NCBI GenBank assembly: GCA_021785935.1 | Contig: JAJYOG010000006.1 | Location: forward strand, 2,804-66,803 | Direction: 5' to 3' | Origin: Actinomycetes bacterium | GTDB lineage: Bacteria; Actinomycetota; Thermoleophilia; BMS3ABIN01 | DNA length: 64,000 nucleotides | Shown: piece by piece, positions 18,002-25,847 of the stretch | How the letters are laid out: every line of letters starts with the position of its first letter | Position numbering within the stretch: position 1 is the stretch's first letter | Translations under genes and position numbers: made by a program | Notes under the pieces: model-generated | The model's input: the letters and a program-made list of their open reading frames with translations, nothing else | Databases searched by the model: none | What the model was told of the DNA's origin: nothing

Positions 18002-19168
18002 TCATGCGGATTTACGCGCCAGGAACTCTAATATGCCCAGGTAGGCGAGCAGGATAACCACGATCGTCAACGCCTGCGATAGTGAGGGCTGATCCATTGC
18101 TACCAAAATTAACAGGGCCAGCACCGTGCCCGAGGCGCGCAGGGCTGTTTTCTGACGTGTGATCCAGGCGCCGGCCGGCCACAGGTCGACCTTGGCGCCG
18201 GCCTCCTCGGCAGCCCTGAAAATCTTGGGGAGTGATGAGCGCAGCCGTACCGACAGTGGGTAGGGTCCCAGGCAGAAACCCAGTGCGGCTATCGCTAATG
18301 CTACCCCGAACGAAGTCCTGATGGTTGTTTTGAGAGATCCCATGATGATATCGAAGAAGGATGTGGCTGCGTTCATGTCAATTTCCGGATGAGATGACAA
18401 AGTATCAAGGTAATAACTCCGGGCCAGCGCGATCAGCACCAGCAGCACCGTCATTCCCACCGCAACACCCAGTCCGGCGCGAAAAACCGCCGCCATGCGA
18501 TTGCCGGACAGATAGACGCCCACACCCAGAAATATCAGCCCCGCCAGGGGAAGCCAGAAGGCAAGTCTATCCAGAAGGTTAATGGCTCTCTGCGCCTGGG
18601 ATATCTGCGGCATCTCGAAGATTGTGAACTGGATCCCGGAGCCGGCGAGGGAAATGTTGTCAAAAATATGGATTCCCCTGGCGCTCACCTGTGACTTGAT
18701 GCCGTCCAGGAGTTTGCTGAGGTCGAGGACGACCTTACCGTTTTCGGAGGAGATGGCGCCTTTCCTGCCGAGCACCACCTGGAGCAGCAGATCGTGTGCC
18801 TCACGGTTAGCATTCTGCCAGACATCTGAAAACTGGGAGGTGTCCAGCAGCTTGCGAACCTGCTCTTCGACAAAACCCTGGGTGGCGCCTGCGATGGGAG
18901 CGGCCAGAAAGTCAGCCCTGTCGGGAAGGGCCTCGCGCGTCAGCTGTTCGGCATTGGCGCGCTCGAATAACTGGTTGGTCGCGGATCGGGCAACCGCATC
19001 CTTGATGGCGGGGTCCTGGCTTAATGGCGCTATGGTCTCCACATATTTGTCAGTGCTGAAGACCTCCTGATTGAGCCAAACGACCGCGACGGCGATAGTG
19101 ACCGTGAGGCAGCCCAGAATGATGAGAATACCCGCGCACGCGCGCCTCCATGCCGGCGTTTTATTCAT
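18002..19168 (-). CDS. Integral membrane protein
   Basis: 388-aa ORF, N-terminal TM, YVETIAPLSQDP, several C-terminal TMs. Confidence 0.8.
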   Translation of the reverse strand: MNKTPAWRRACAGILIILGCLTVTIAVAVVWLNQEVFSTDKYVETIAPLSQDPAIKDAVARSATNQLFERANAEQLTREALPDRADFLAAPIAGATQGFVEEQVRKLLDTSQFSDVWQNANREAHDLLLQVVLGRKGAISSENGKVVLDLSKLLDGIKSQVSARGIHIFDNISLAGSGIQFTIFEMPQISQAQRAINLLDRLAFWLPLAGLIFLGVGVYLSGNRMAAVFRAGLGVAVGMTVLLVLIALARSYYLDTLSSHPEIDMNAATSFFDIIMGSLKTTIRTSFGVALAIAALGFCLGPYPLSVRLRSSLPKIFRAAEEAGAKVDLWPAGAWITRQKTALRASGTVLALLILVAMDQPSLSQALTIVVILLAYLGILEFLARKSA

Positions 19169-19322
19169 ATGCAGAATCTCCCGGGAACATCAGATTAGAT
19201 TCCCCAACGGTGGTTTCGGGTAAACTGATCTCCAGTTACATGATTCGCGGTGTTATTCCTGCGAGGCGGCATGCCGCAATTACCACATGCAGGCTGAGAA
19301 ATAGAGGAAACGGAATATTCCC

Positions 19323-19784
19323 ATGGACATGGACAGGCCAAAACGCCCGGCGCCGCGTGCTATCGACAAGGCTCGCCGGGCGCTTATCGTCGCCGATGAT
19401 ACGGTTCACATTATCGTCGCCGTTTTTCTCGTCGGCGCCGCCCTGGTGGTGCTTGGATACGCGGCGAAAAACTTCGTAGATCTGACGGTCGACTCGACTC
19501 TCCTTGTCATCAACGATGTGCTTTTCGTGCTCATCATCGCCGAGCTTTTGTGGACCATCGTCCGCTATCTGCGCCGGGAACAGTTTTCGCTGGCGCCGTT
19601 TCTGTTCATCGGCATCATCTCGAGCCTGAGGCGCATCCTATATATAGACGCACAAATGTCGCTGGGTTCTGGTGAGCGCAGTTTTAACGAGAACCTGATG
19701 GAGCTGGGGATCCATGTAGGCATCATCTTTGTCCTCGTGATAGCTTATTATCTGATCAAGAAAGCGCGGGCAGTAGGGGATTGA
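19323..19784 (+). CDS. PsiE-like membrane protein
   Basis: INDVLFVLIIAELLWTI...PFLFIGIISSLRRIL. Confidence 0.8.
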   Translation: MDMDRPKRPAPRAIDKARRALIVADDTVHIIVAVFLVGAALVVLGYAAKNFVDLTVDSTLLVINDVLFVLIIAELLWTIVRYLRREQFSLAPFLFIGIISSLRRILYIDAQMSLGSGERSFNENLMELGIHVGIIFVLVIAYYLIKKARAVGD

Positions 19785-19854
19785 TGCTCACGGTTAAAGT
19801 TGCAAATAGCGACTGGTTTTCGCTAGCCTAGGAGTGCAGAACTTCCCAAATTGA

Positions 19855-20259
19855 TTGGAGTCAATGATGTCAATCGTACTAAGCAAAGCCGAGGAACTTG
19901 CCGCGGCGATTTCCGCAAGCGAGGAACTCGTGGTTCTACGCCAGGCCGCCGAGCGCGTCGATAGCGACGAGATGGCAACCGCCGCGCTGCAGAAATTTTC
20001 AGAAAAGCAGGAAATGGTACAGCGGGCCGCAAGCTCAGGCCTCCAGCTCCCTCCGGAGCAGATGGAAGAGCTGCAGGAGATGCAGGGACAGATTCGCGAC
20101 ATTCCCAGCATCCAGGATTTCGCTTCAGCACAGACCTGCTTTACCGAGCTGATGGATAAGGTAAATGAAATCATTTCGGCCGCGGTCATGGGCCGCGAGC
20201 CTGGAGACAGCCCCGAACCGCACAGCCACAGCTCCAGCTGCGGCTGCAAAGGACACTAA
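19855..20259 (+). CDS. YlbF/YmcA family protein
   Basis: KAEELAAAISASEE...ELMDKVNEIIS; C-terminal HSHSSSCGCKGH. Confidence 0.8.
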   Translation: MESMMSIVLSKAEELAAAISASEELVVLRQAAERVDSDEMATAALQKFSEKQEMVQRAASSGLQLPPEQMEELQEMQGQIRDIPSIQDFASAQTCFTELMDKVNEIISAAVMGREPGDSPEPHSHSSSCGCKGH

Positions 20260-20313
20260 CCTCCAGATATTTATTTTGAGGAAATTTATTTCCTGGAAGG
20301 GTGGTGAATTAGA

Positions 20314-20505
20314 TTGGCTGAAAAACCCAAGATAGATTCCGAAGAGTGTACAGGCTGCGGGATCTGCGTAGATGAATGTCCCAACGAATGCCTCGAGCTG
20401 GACTCCGAGGACGTGGCGACCCTGGCGAACGCGGGTAACTGTGATGGTTGCGCTACCTGCGAGGAGTCATGCCCGACCGAAGCGATAACAATGGTGGAGA
20501 GCTAG
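20314..20505 (+). CDS. 2x[4Fe-4S] ferredoxin
   Basis: CTGCGICVDECP and CDGCATCEESCP. Confidence 0.92.
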   Translation: MAEKPKIDSEECTGCGICVDECPNECLELDSEDVATLANAGNCDGCATCEESCPTEAITMVES

Positions 20506-20550
20506 CTTTGAGACCACCGGTTCGGCGAAATCTTTGCTAAATAAGTTCAA

Positions 20551-20586
20551 ATGAAAAACTCCTCCGGAGACGGAGGAGTTTTTCAT
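20551..20586. terminator. Bidirectional intrinsic terminator
   Basis: ATGAAAAACTCCTCCG-GAGA-CGGAGGAGTTTTTCAT perfect inverted repeat between convergent genes. Confidence 0.85.
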
Positions 20587-20610
20587 ATCTATTCCGGCAG
20601 CGGCCGGTGA

Positions 20611-20673
20611 TTAACACGATGAGCTGCACTTGCAAGTGCTCGAGCTTTTCTTGCCCGACTTTCTGATCTTCAT
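20611..20673 (-). CDS. 20-aa Cys/Ser-rich peptide, candidate RiPP precursor
   Basis: MKIRKSGKKSSSTCKCSSSC; SD TAAGGAGGTG 7 nt before ATG; downstream of radical SAM gene. Confidence 0.75.
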   Translation of the reverse strand: MKIRKSGKKSSSTCKCSSSC

Positions 20674-20772
20674 GAGACGCCACCTCCTTATCGCCAAGCC
20701 TTCTGGTGCCCGGTCACTAGTTCCTGGTAATAATCTGTTTCAGCCCGGAATCCAGAAGCTGCAAACCGGGCA

Positions 20773-22023
20773 CTATGTAGCGACACCGTACCGGTAACAC
20801 TGACACGGGTCGACGCCCGTGGGGCTATTATACCCAGCCGCCCGGAATCTGCACCCGCCGCGGCAATCTTCGATGAAATCGCAATCGCAGTCCAGTTCCG
20901 GCATGGTCATCTTTCTTACTTTTTGCCAGCAGGAGGATAGCCCTTCCGCGATGGTTCCGACCGGATTACCCGCGAAGAAGCCGCAGCGCGCGGCCCTGCC
21001 GTCAGCCATAACCGCCATCAGGTGCGCGCCGCAGGCGTATCCGGGGATGGGCTCGTGAATGGCGCCTCCAAAGGAATAGTTTAGGTAGGGTCCGGCGATA
21101 GCGGGATAGACGATGATGTTTGTGCCCTGCGGGCTGTCGCTGCCCGCGGGGGCGTTGCCACCTTCCGATCCCCGCAAGCGGTCCGCCTCTGGAAGCAGCC
21201 GCCCTGCAGGCGACGGTTGATCGACGGCCCATTCGCGCACGCCGAGTTCGCTTAAGAGAGCGGCCAGTTCTTCGAAATCCTGAAGGTTACCGCGGTGCAC
21301 CATTGTCGCTACCGAGACCTGCTTGCCGGCATCGATCAGCCGGCGGATAGCTTGCGTGCTGCGCTCAAAGTTACCATCGCCGCGAATAAAGTCGTGAGCC
21401 TCGCGCATGCCGTCAAGGCTGATCTGCACTTCCTGCGCCTTGATCACACCAGCCGTTTTCTTATCGATGAGGGTGCCGTTGGACATGAGCACCGTCCGCA
21501 AGTCCCTGGCCGCAAGATAATCGTCGAGCTGGCGAAACTGCCGGTGCAAAAGGGGCTCGCCTCCGGATACGAGCAGGCGCAACCCTTGCATCTCTTCAAA
21601 CTGGTCAACCACTGCCATGATTTTCTCGAGCGGCAGGTCGGTGCTTCCCGGCTCGCCGATGAAGCAATGCCCGCACCTGAGATTGCAGCGGTCTGTAATA
21701 TGGAGTAGCAGATATCGCAGGGAGGGGATGGGACTTTGGGTCAACCGTGGCTCACGGTTTCCAGGCGCTGGGAGGTGCGGGATGAGTGCATCTTCGCCGG
21801 CGGTCTCCTCAAGGATTCCTTCCTCCTGGCAGAAGCTGACGAATTCATCAGCTTCTGGTGCGCGCGGCGCCTTGGCGCCGCGCGCACACAAGAATAAAAA
21901 ATCCGCCGCTTCTGGATTCACTATATACAGGTCGTCCGTGGCGCGGTTGTAAACACACGGCTCCTCGAGCAGTTTTGGTGAGCAATCAGGCGATAAGCGC
22001 AATATCGTTTCCCGCGAACTCAT
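20773..22023 (-). CDS. Radical SAM/SPASM protein, possible peptide maturase
   Basis: CNLRCGHC motif; SPASM cysteines C...C...CDCDFIEDCRGGC...CQC; N-terminal extension resembling a PqqD/RRE domain. Confidence 0.9.
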   Translation of the reverse strand: MSSRETILRLSPDCSPKLLEEPCVYNRATDDLYIVNPEAADFLFLCARGAKAPRAPEADEFVSFCQEEGILEETAGEDALIPHLPAPGNREPRLTQSPIPSLRYLLLHITDRCNLRCGHCFIGEPGSTDLPLEKIMAVVDQFEEMQGLRLLVSGGEPLLHRQFRQLDDYLAARDLRTVLMSNGTLIDKKTAGVIKAQEVQISLDGMREAHDFIRGDGNFERSTQAIRRLIDAGKQVSVATMVHRGNLQDFEELAALLSELGVREWAVDQPSPAGRLLPEADRLRGSEGGNAPAGSDSPQGTNIIVYPAIAGPYLNYSFGGAIHEPIPGYACGAHLMAVMADGRAARCGFFAGNPVGTIAEGLSSCWQKVRKMTMPELDCDCDFIEDCRGGCRFRAAGYNSPTGVDPCQCYRYGVAT

Positions 22024-22283
22024 CGTTCCCCGGCAGGCTCATCCGGACCTAGTACTGCCGACAGCTCCGCCGGCGAAAGCACGCCGCGCGCCACGATCAT
22101 CCGCAGGATGCGAAAGCACGAGCATTCGAGATCGTCCTCGTGTTCGTCATGCCAGAAGTCGCAATCGTGGCAGAGAAGCTCCCGTAATTCATCCAGGGAG
22201 GGATCGCGCCGTGAACCGAGCTTGGCCGCGGCAGTGCGCAGGTTTGGGAATTCGTGCTCTCTGGGCTCAGGACTGGTAGACAT
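22020..22283 (-). CDS. Small Cys/His-motif protein coupled to the radical SAM gene
   Basis: CHDCDFWHDEHEDDLECSC; 4-nt overlap with rSAM start; ATG after GGAGG. Confidence 0.75.
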   Translation of the reverse strand: MSTSPEPREHEFPNLRTAAAKLGSRRDPSLDELRELLCHDCDFWHDEHEDDLECSCFRILRMIVARGVLSPAELSAVLGPDEPAGER

Positions 22284-22361
22284 TTGGGCGCCTCCGCCAG
22301 GTTGAAGTATCATCTGTAACAGGAAGAAATATTCCTCGACAATAATATGAATATATTACCC

Positions 22362-22498
22362 GGCAGCGGCGGAATTCTACCCCGAAAGGGCAAAACCCGC
22401 AGAAGAGTCATGGGGCAATAGCGCCCCTTCCCCGGGGGAAAGCTCCAATACGTAGGGGAAACTGTCCGGCAATGGGGCAAATGGCTGAGGCGGCATCC
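22362..22498 (+). ncRNA. Candidate structured RNA, family not recognised
   Basis: Nested stems with GAAA/GCAA loops forming a multiway junction in an intergenic region. Confidence 0.4.
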
Positions 22499-22545
22499 TA
22501 TAACTGGTAATACTAGTAATTCTCCATATATAATCAATTTGCATC

Positions 22546-22587
22546 TTGACAAACCCTGGAGGGTGGGATTTAATACCCCTAAGGGTA
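22546..22587 (+). promoter_or_regulatory. Sigma70-type promoter with tandem CsoR/RcnR-like operators
   Basis: TTGACA-17-TTTAAT; ACCC-N4-GGGT (22553-22564) and TACCC-N4-GGGTA (22574-22587). Confidence 0.6.
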
Positions 22588-22720
22588 CTTCCATCTTCTG
22601 GGAATCCAACTCGTGAATTAACTCTTTTCTCTTGTTCAAGGGAGGGCAAATGGGAGTTTCAGGGCGTGCTGAAGGTTTAACGACTCATAAATTTATAATC
22701 TCATCGGTCTGGAGCAGGCC

Positions 22721-23725
22721 GTGAGGTGGGTCATCAGGAAAATCAAGGGGATAGGCAGCTGGATTGCGCATCTGCCTCTGGTCGCCAAGGTCATTCTGGC
22801 GGCGATCCTTGTTATTGTGGTATTCGGCGGCAGCTACGGCAGTTATCGCATGTATAACTACACTCAGAACGATCCAGAATTTTGCCGTTCCTGCCACACG
22901 ATGGAAACAGCATGGAACAAGTGGTCCACCAGCGAGCACAGCAAGGTTGGGTGCCACAGTTGCCATACGGTGAGCCCGGTTGGCGGCATGCAGCTTGTAG
23001 TTAACTATTTGATGGAGCGTCCGGACCGCAACACGAACCATGCGTCGGTTTCGGATTCGGCTTGTGAGAAGTGCCATTACAGTGGCGATCCGCAGTGGGT
23101 GCAGGTGGAAAACACCGCCGGGCACAAGGTGCACGCGGAAGGGCAGAATATAGCCTGCCAGACCTGTCACGGCATGCGGCTTCATAGCTTCCGGCCCTCG
23201 ACGGAGATCTGCGCGGCATGCCACGCGGACCACGTTGCCGGCCAGGAAAAGGCGATCAAGGTCGAGCAGATGCGGGATATGCACTGCACCGAGTGCCATC
23301 CGTTCCTCAGGGACGACAGTCCGCTCAGGCCGACAAGGGAAACCTGTCTGAGCTGTCATCAAAAGTTGACGAACGACGGTGTGGTCTTCCCGGACGTCGC
23401 GCCGATGAAGTGGGATTGCCGCGAATGCCACAAGCCGCACGACAAGGCGAATCCGGTTGTCGACTGCCTGAGCTGTCACACGGATGCCAAGACCAGCGGT
23501 TTGCACGGAAAGCAGACGCACTCGCAGGCGCGGTGCAAGACATGTCATCAGCCGCATGCCTGGACGGTTACGACCAGGGAACCCTGCCTGACCTGTCATC
23601 AGGACAAGCAGCAGCATAACCCGGGCGGAGTTTGCGCTGACTGTCACGATTTCAAGACGCTGGCGCCGCCGACCGGTAGCGGTCCGGCTCCGTCGGGCGG
23701 CTCAGATGGGGCACCAGGTATCTGA
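22721..23725 (+). CDS. Membrane-anchored 12-heme cytochrome c (NapC/NirT-like N-terminus)
   Basis: N-terminal TM; 12 CxxCH motifs counted. Confidence 0.92.
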   Translation: MRWVIRKIKGIGSWIAHLPLVAKVILAAILVIVVFGGSYGSYRMYNYTQNDPEFCRSCHTMETAWNKWSTSEHSKVGCHSCHTVSPVGGMQLVVNYLMERPDRNTNHASVSDSACEKCHYSGDPQWVQVENTAGHKVHAEGQNIACQTCHGMRLHSFRPSTEICAACHADHVAGQEKAIKVEQMRDMHCTECHPFLRDDSPLRPTRETCLSCHQKLTNDGVVFPDVAPMKWDCRECHKPHDKANPVVDCLSCHTDAKTSGLHGKQTHSQARCKTCHQPHAWTVTTREPCLTCHQDKQQHNPGGVCADCHDFKTLAPPTGSGPAPSGGSDGAPGI

Positions 23726-23901
23726 GGGCGGAGAAGGCTAGAGGCTGTTCGTCAGGTCCCGGTGCGTAATAGGGGCTTGATGCCGTAAATGACATATTAG
23801 GAAATTTCGTATACAATATCTCCCGTTGTTTTTGAGATAATGGATTAAGCGGGCAACAATCGCGCTCCATTGGAGCGCCGGGACAAGTTGAAAGGGTATC
23901 C

Positions 23902-24036
23902 ATGTGGTACATCGCTGAAGCACCGCGGTTCTTTCTGATCAATCTGTTCGCGACCATAGCGATCCTTACCGTGCTGACGTTTGGTATCCCACCACTGATC
24001 AATTGGCTAATGGCAAAGATGCACCAGGAGGACTAG
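23902..24036 (+). CDS. 44-aa single-pass membrane protein
   Basis: MWYIAEAPRFFLINLFATIAILTVLTFGIPPLINWLMAKMHQED; purine-rich RBS; below ORF-track cutoff. Confidence 0.55.
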   Translation: MWYIAEAPRFFLINLFATIAILTVLTFGIPPLINWLMAKMHQED

Positions 24037-24263
24037 TACGGTGCACCGTCCGGTCCGAATTCTTCCGGCGGTCTTGAGATGAAGCCAATGCTTGGTGCGG
24101 TGAGCGGTAACCGCTATCCTTCCCGAGTTCGGCAAGTTATTCCAATAGGGGTGAATAACGGGCTGAAACCGCGTGGATTAAGCAAAGGATAGCAACTAGA
24201 TTGGAAAAGAAAGACGATCCCCTTGCGGGGGCGCGGGTTTATATAAACAAGGAGGAATAGCAA

Positions 24264-24890
24264 GTGGCCGAGAAAAAACGATACGCGATGGTGATCGACA
24301 TCCGCAGGTGCATCGCTTGCCATGCCTGCACCGTGGCTTGTAAGGCTGAAATGTCTGTTCCTCTGGAAGTCAACGCGACCTGGATGAAAATCGTCGAAAA
24401 AGGTGTCTATCCGGACAGCCGCCGTTTCTGGATTCCCCGCCTCTGCAACAATTGCACTGACGCGATCTGCGCCAGGAATTGTCCGACCCAGGCGACCTAC
24501 AAACGCGACGACGGTATTGTCGTAGTCGATCAGCACCGCTGCATCGGCTGCAAATATTGCATTGCTTCATGTCCTTATGACGTTCGTTATATCAATCCCC
24601 TGAAGAACATCGTGCAGAAATGCTATTTCTGTTCGCACCGTGTGGACGCCGGCCTGGTTCCTGCATGCGTGGAAAGCTGCCCGACGCGGGCGATGGTCTT
24701 CGGTGATAAAAATGATTCCAAGAGCGAAGTGGCGCAACTTCTGGCGGCCAATGCCACCGTGGTTATCAAAAAGGAGATGCAGACCGACCCGCAGGTGTTC
24801 TATATCTCCGCTGATGAAACCGCGATGAGCAACGTCGAGGATGACATCAACTATTACACCGAAGGCTCGCTGGCCAAATTCAGATTTTAA
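24264..24890 (+). CDS. 4Fe-4S electron-transfer subunit (PsrB/TtrB/NrfC type)
   Basis: CIACHACTVAC, CNNC...CP, CIGCKYCIASCP, KCYFC...PACVESCP. Confidence 0.93.
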   Translation: MAEKKRYAMVIDIRRCIACHACTVACKAEMSVPLEVNATWMKIVEKGVYPDSRRFWIPRLCNNCTDAICARNCPTQATYKRDDGIVVVDQHRCIGCKYCIASCPYDVRYINPLKNIVQKCYFCSHRVDAGLVPACVESCPTRAMVFGDKNDSKSEVAQLLAANATVVIKKEMQTDPQVFYISADETAMSNVEDDINYYTEGSLAKFRF

Positions 24891-24923
24891 TCGGCTCAAC
24901 GACTATTTGAGGAGAAGACCCGC

Positions 24924-25847
24924 ATGGAGCACGCAGATGTAAATGTCGTCTATTCGGTAGAGCACCAGCTACCGTTGGTCATGTACATTGGCCAGTACTT
25001 CTTCTTTACCGGGCTGAGCGCCGGCTCGTTCGTAATCTCGGTAATCGCTACGCTGCTGGGGCGCAAGGAGTTCAAGCCCATCGGTAAAATTACCGCGTTG
25101 CTGGCTCCGGCGCTGCTGATCATCGCGCCGCTTAACCTGATTCTCGATCTCGAGCAGCCGCTTCGTTTCTGGCATCTTTTCCTCTATTACAACTGGACCT
25201 CGCCGATCACTTACGGGTCCTTCCTGCTGACAGCCTACCCGATCATGGGTTGCATCTACGCTGTGATGGTTTACACCAACCGGCAGCAGGCGGCGAAGGT
25301 ACTGGGTATCCTCGGTATCCCGCTGGCTATCTCGGTTCACGGTTATACCGGCTTCATCCTGGCGCTCGCCAAGGCGCGGGCACTGTGGAATACCGCTGCC
25401 ATGCCGACCATCTTCCTGGTGTCGGCCATGGTCTCGGGTATCGGGTTGGTGGTCATCATTGCCTCGGTCCGTTACAAATGGTTCGACAAGAAGGCCACGG
25501 AGCAGACTCGTGAAAATGACAAGAAGCTGATTTTACAGCTGGCCCAGTTCATGGCCTATGTCATCATGCTTGACCTCTTCCTGATCCTTTCCGACATTCT
25601 GGTTCTTCTGACTGCCCACGCCGATGCCTTTGAGGCCGGCATGCTGATTCTTACGGGCAACTTCGCGCCTCTGTTCGTCGGTGTGGAGATTATCCTGGGG
25701 TCAATCTTGCCCATAATTCTGGTCCTGGGACCAAAAAGCAGGAAGTCGCTGACCGCAGCGGTGGTTGCGTCAATCCTGGTCAATATCGGAGTCTACGCCA
25801 TGCGTTTCGTGATGGTCATCGGCGGCCAGACGATTCCCCTCAGTTGA
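24924..25847 (+). CDS. NrfD/PsrC membrane anchor
   Basis: YFFFTGLSAGS, DLEQPLRFWH, SPITYG motifs; multi-TM. Confidence 0.93.
   Translation: MEHADVNVVYSVEHQLPLVMYIGQYFFFTGLSAGSFVISVIATLLGRKEFKPIGKITALLAPALLIIAPLNLILDLEQPLRFWHLFLYYNWTSPITYGSFLLTAYPIMGCIYAVMVYTNRQQAAKVLGILGIPLAISVHGYTGFILALAKARALWNTAAMPTIFLVSAMVSGIGLVVIIASVRYKWFDKKATEQTRENDKKLILQLAQFMAYVIMLDLFLILSDILVLLTAHADAFEAGMLILTGNFAPLFVGVEIILGSILPIILVLGPKSRKSLTAAVVASILVNIGVYAMRFVMVIGGQTIPLS

Noticed and set aside
22381-22430. c-di-GMP-I or SAM-IV riboswitch
   Set aside because: Only short partial matches (GGGCAAA, CTGTCCGGCAA); the remaining consensus elements are missing
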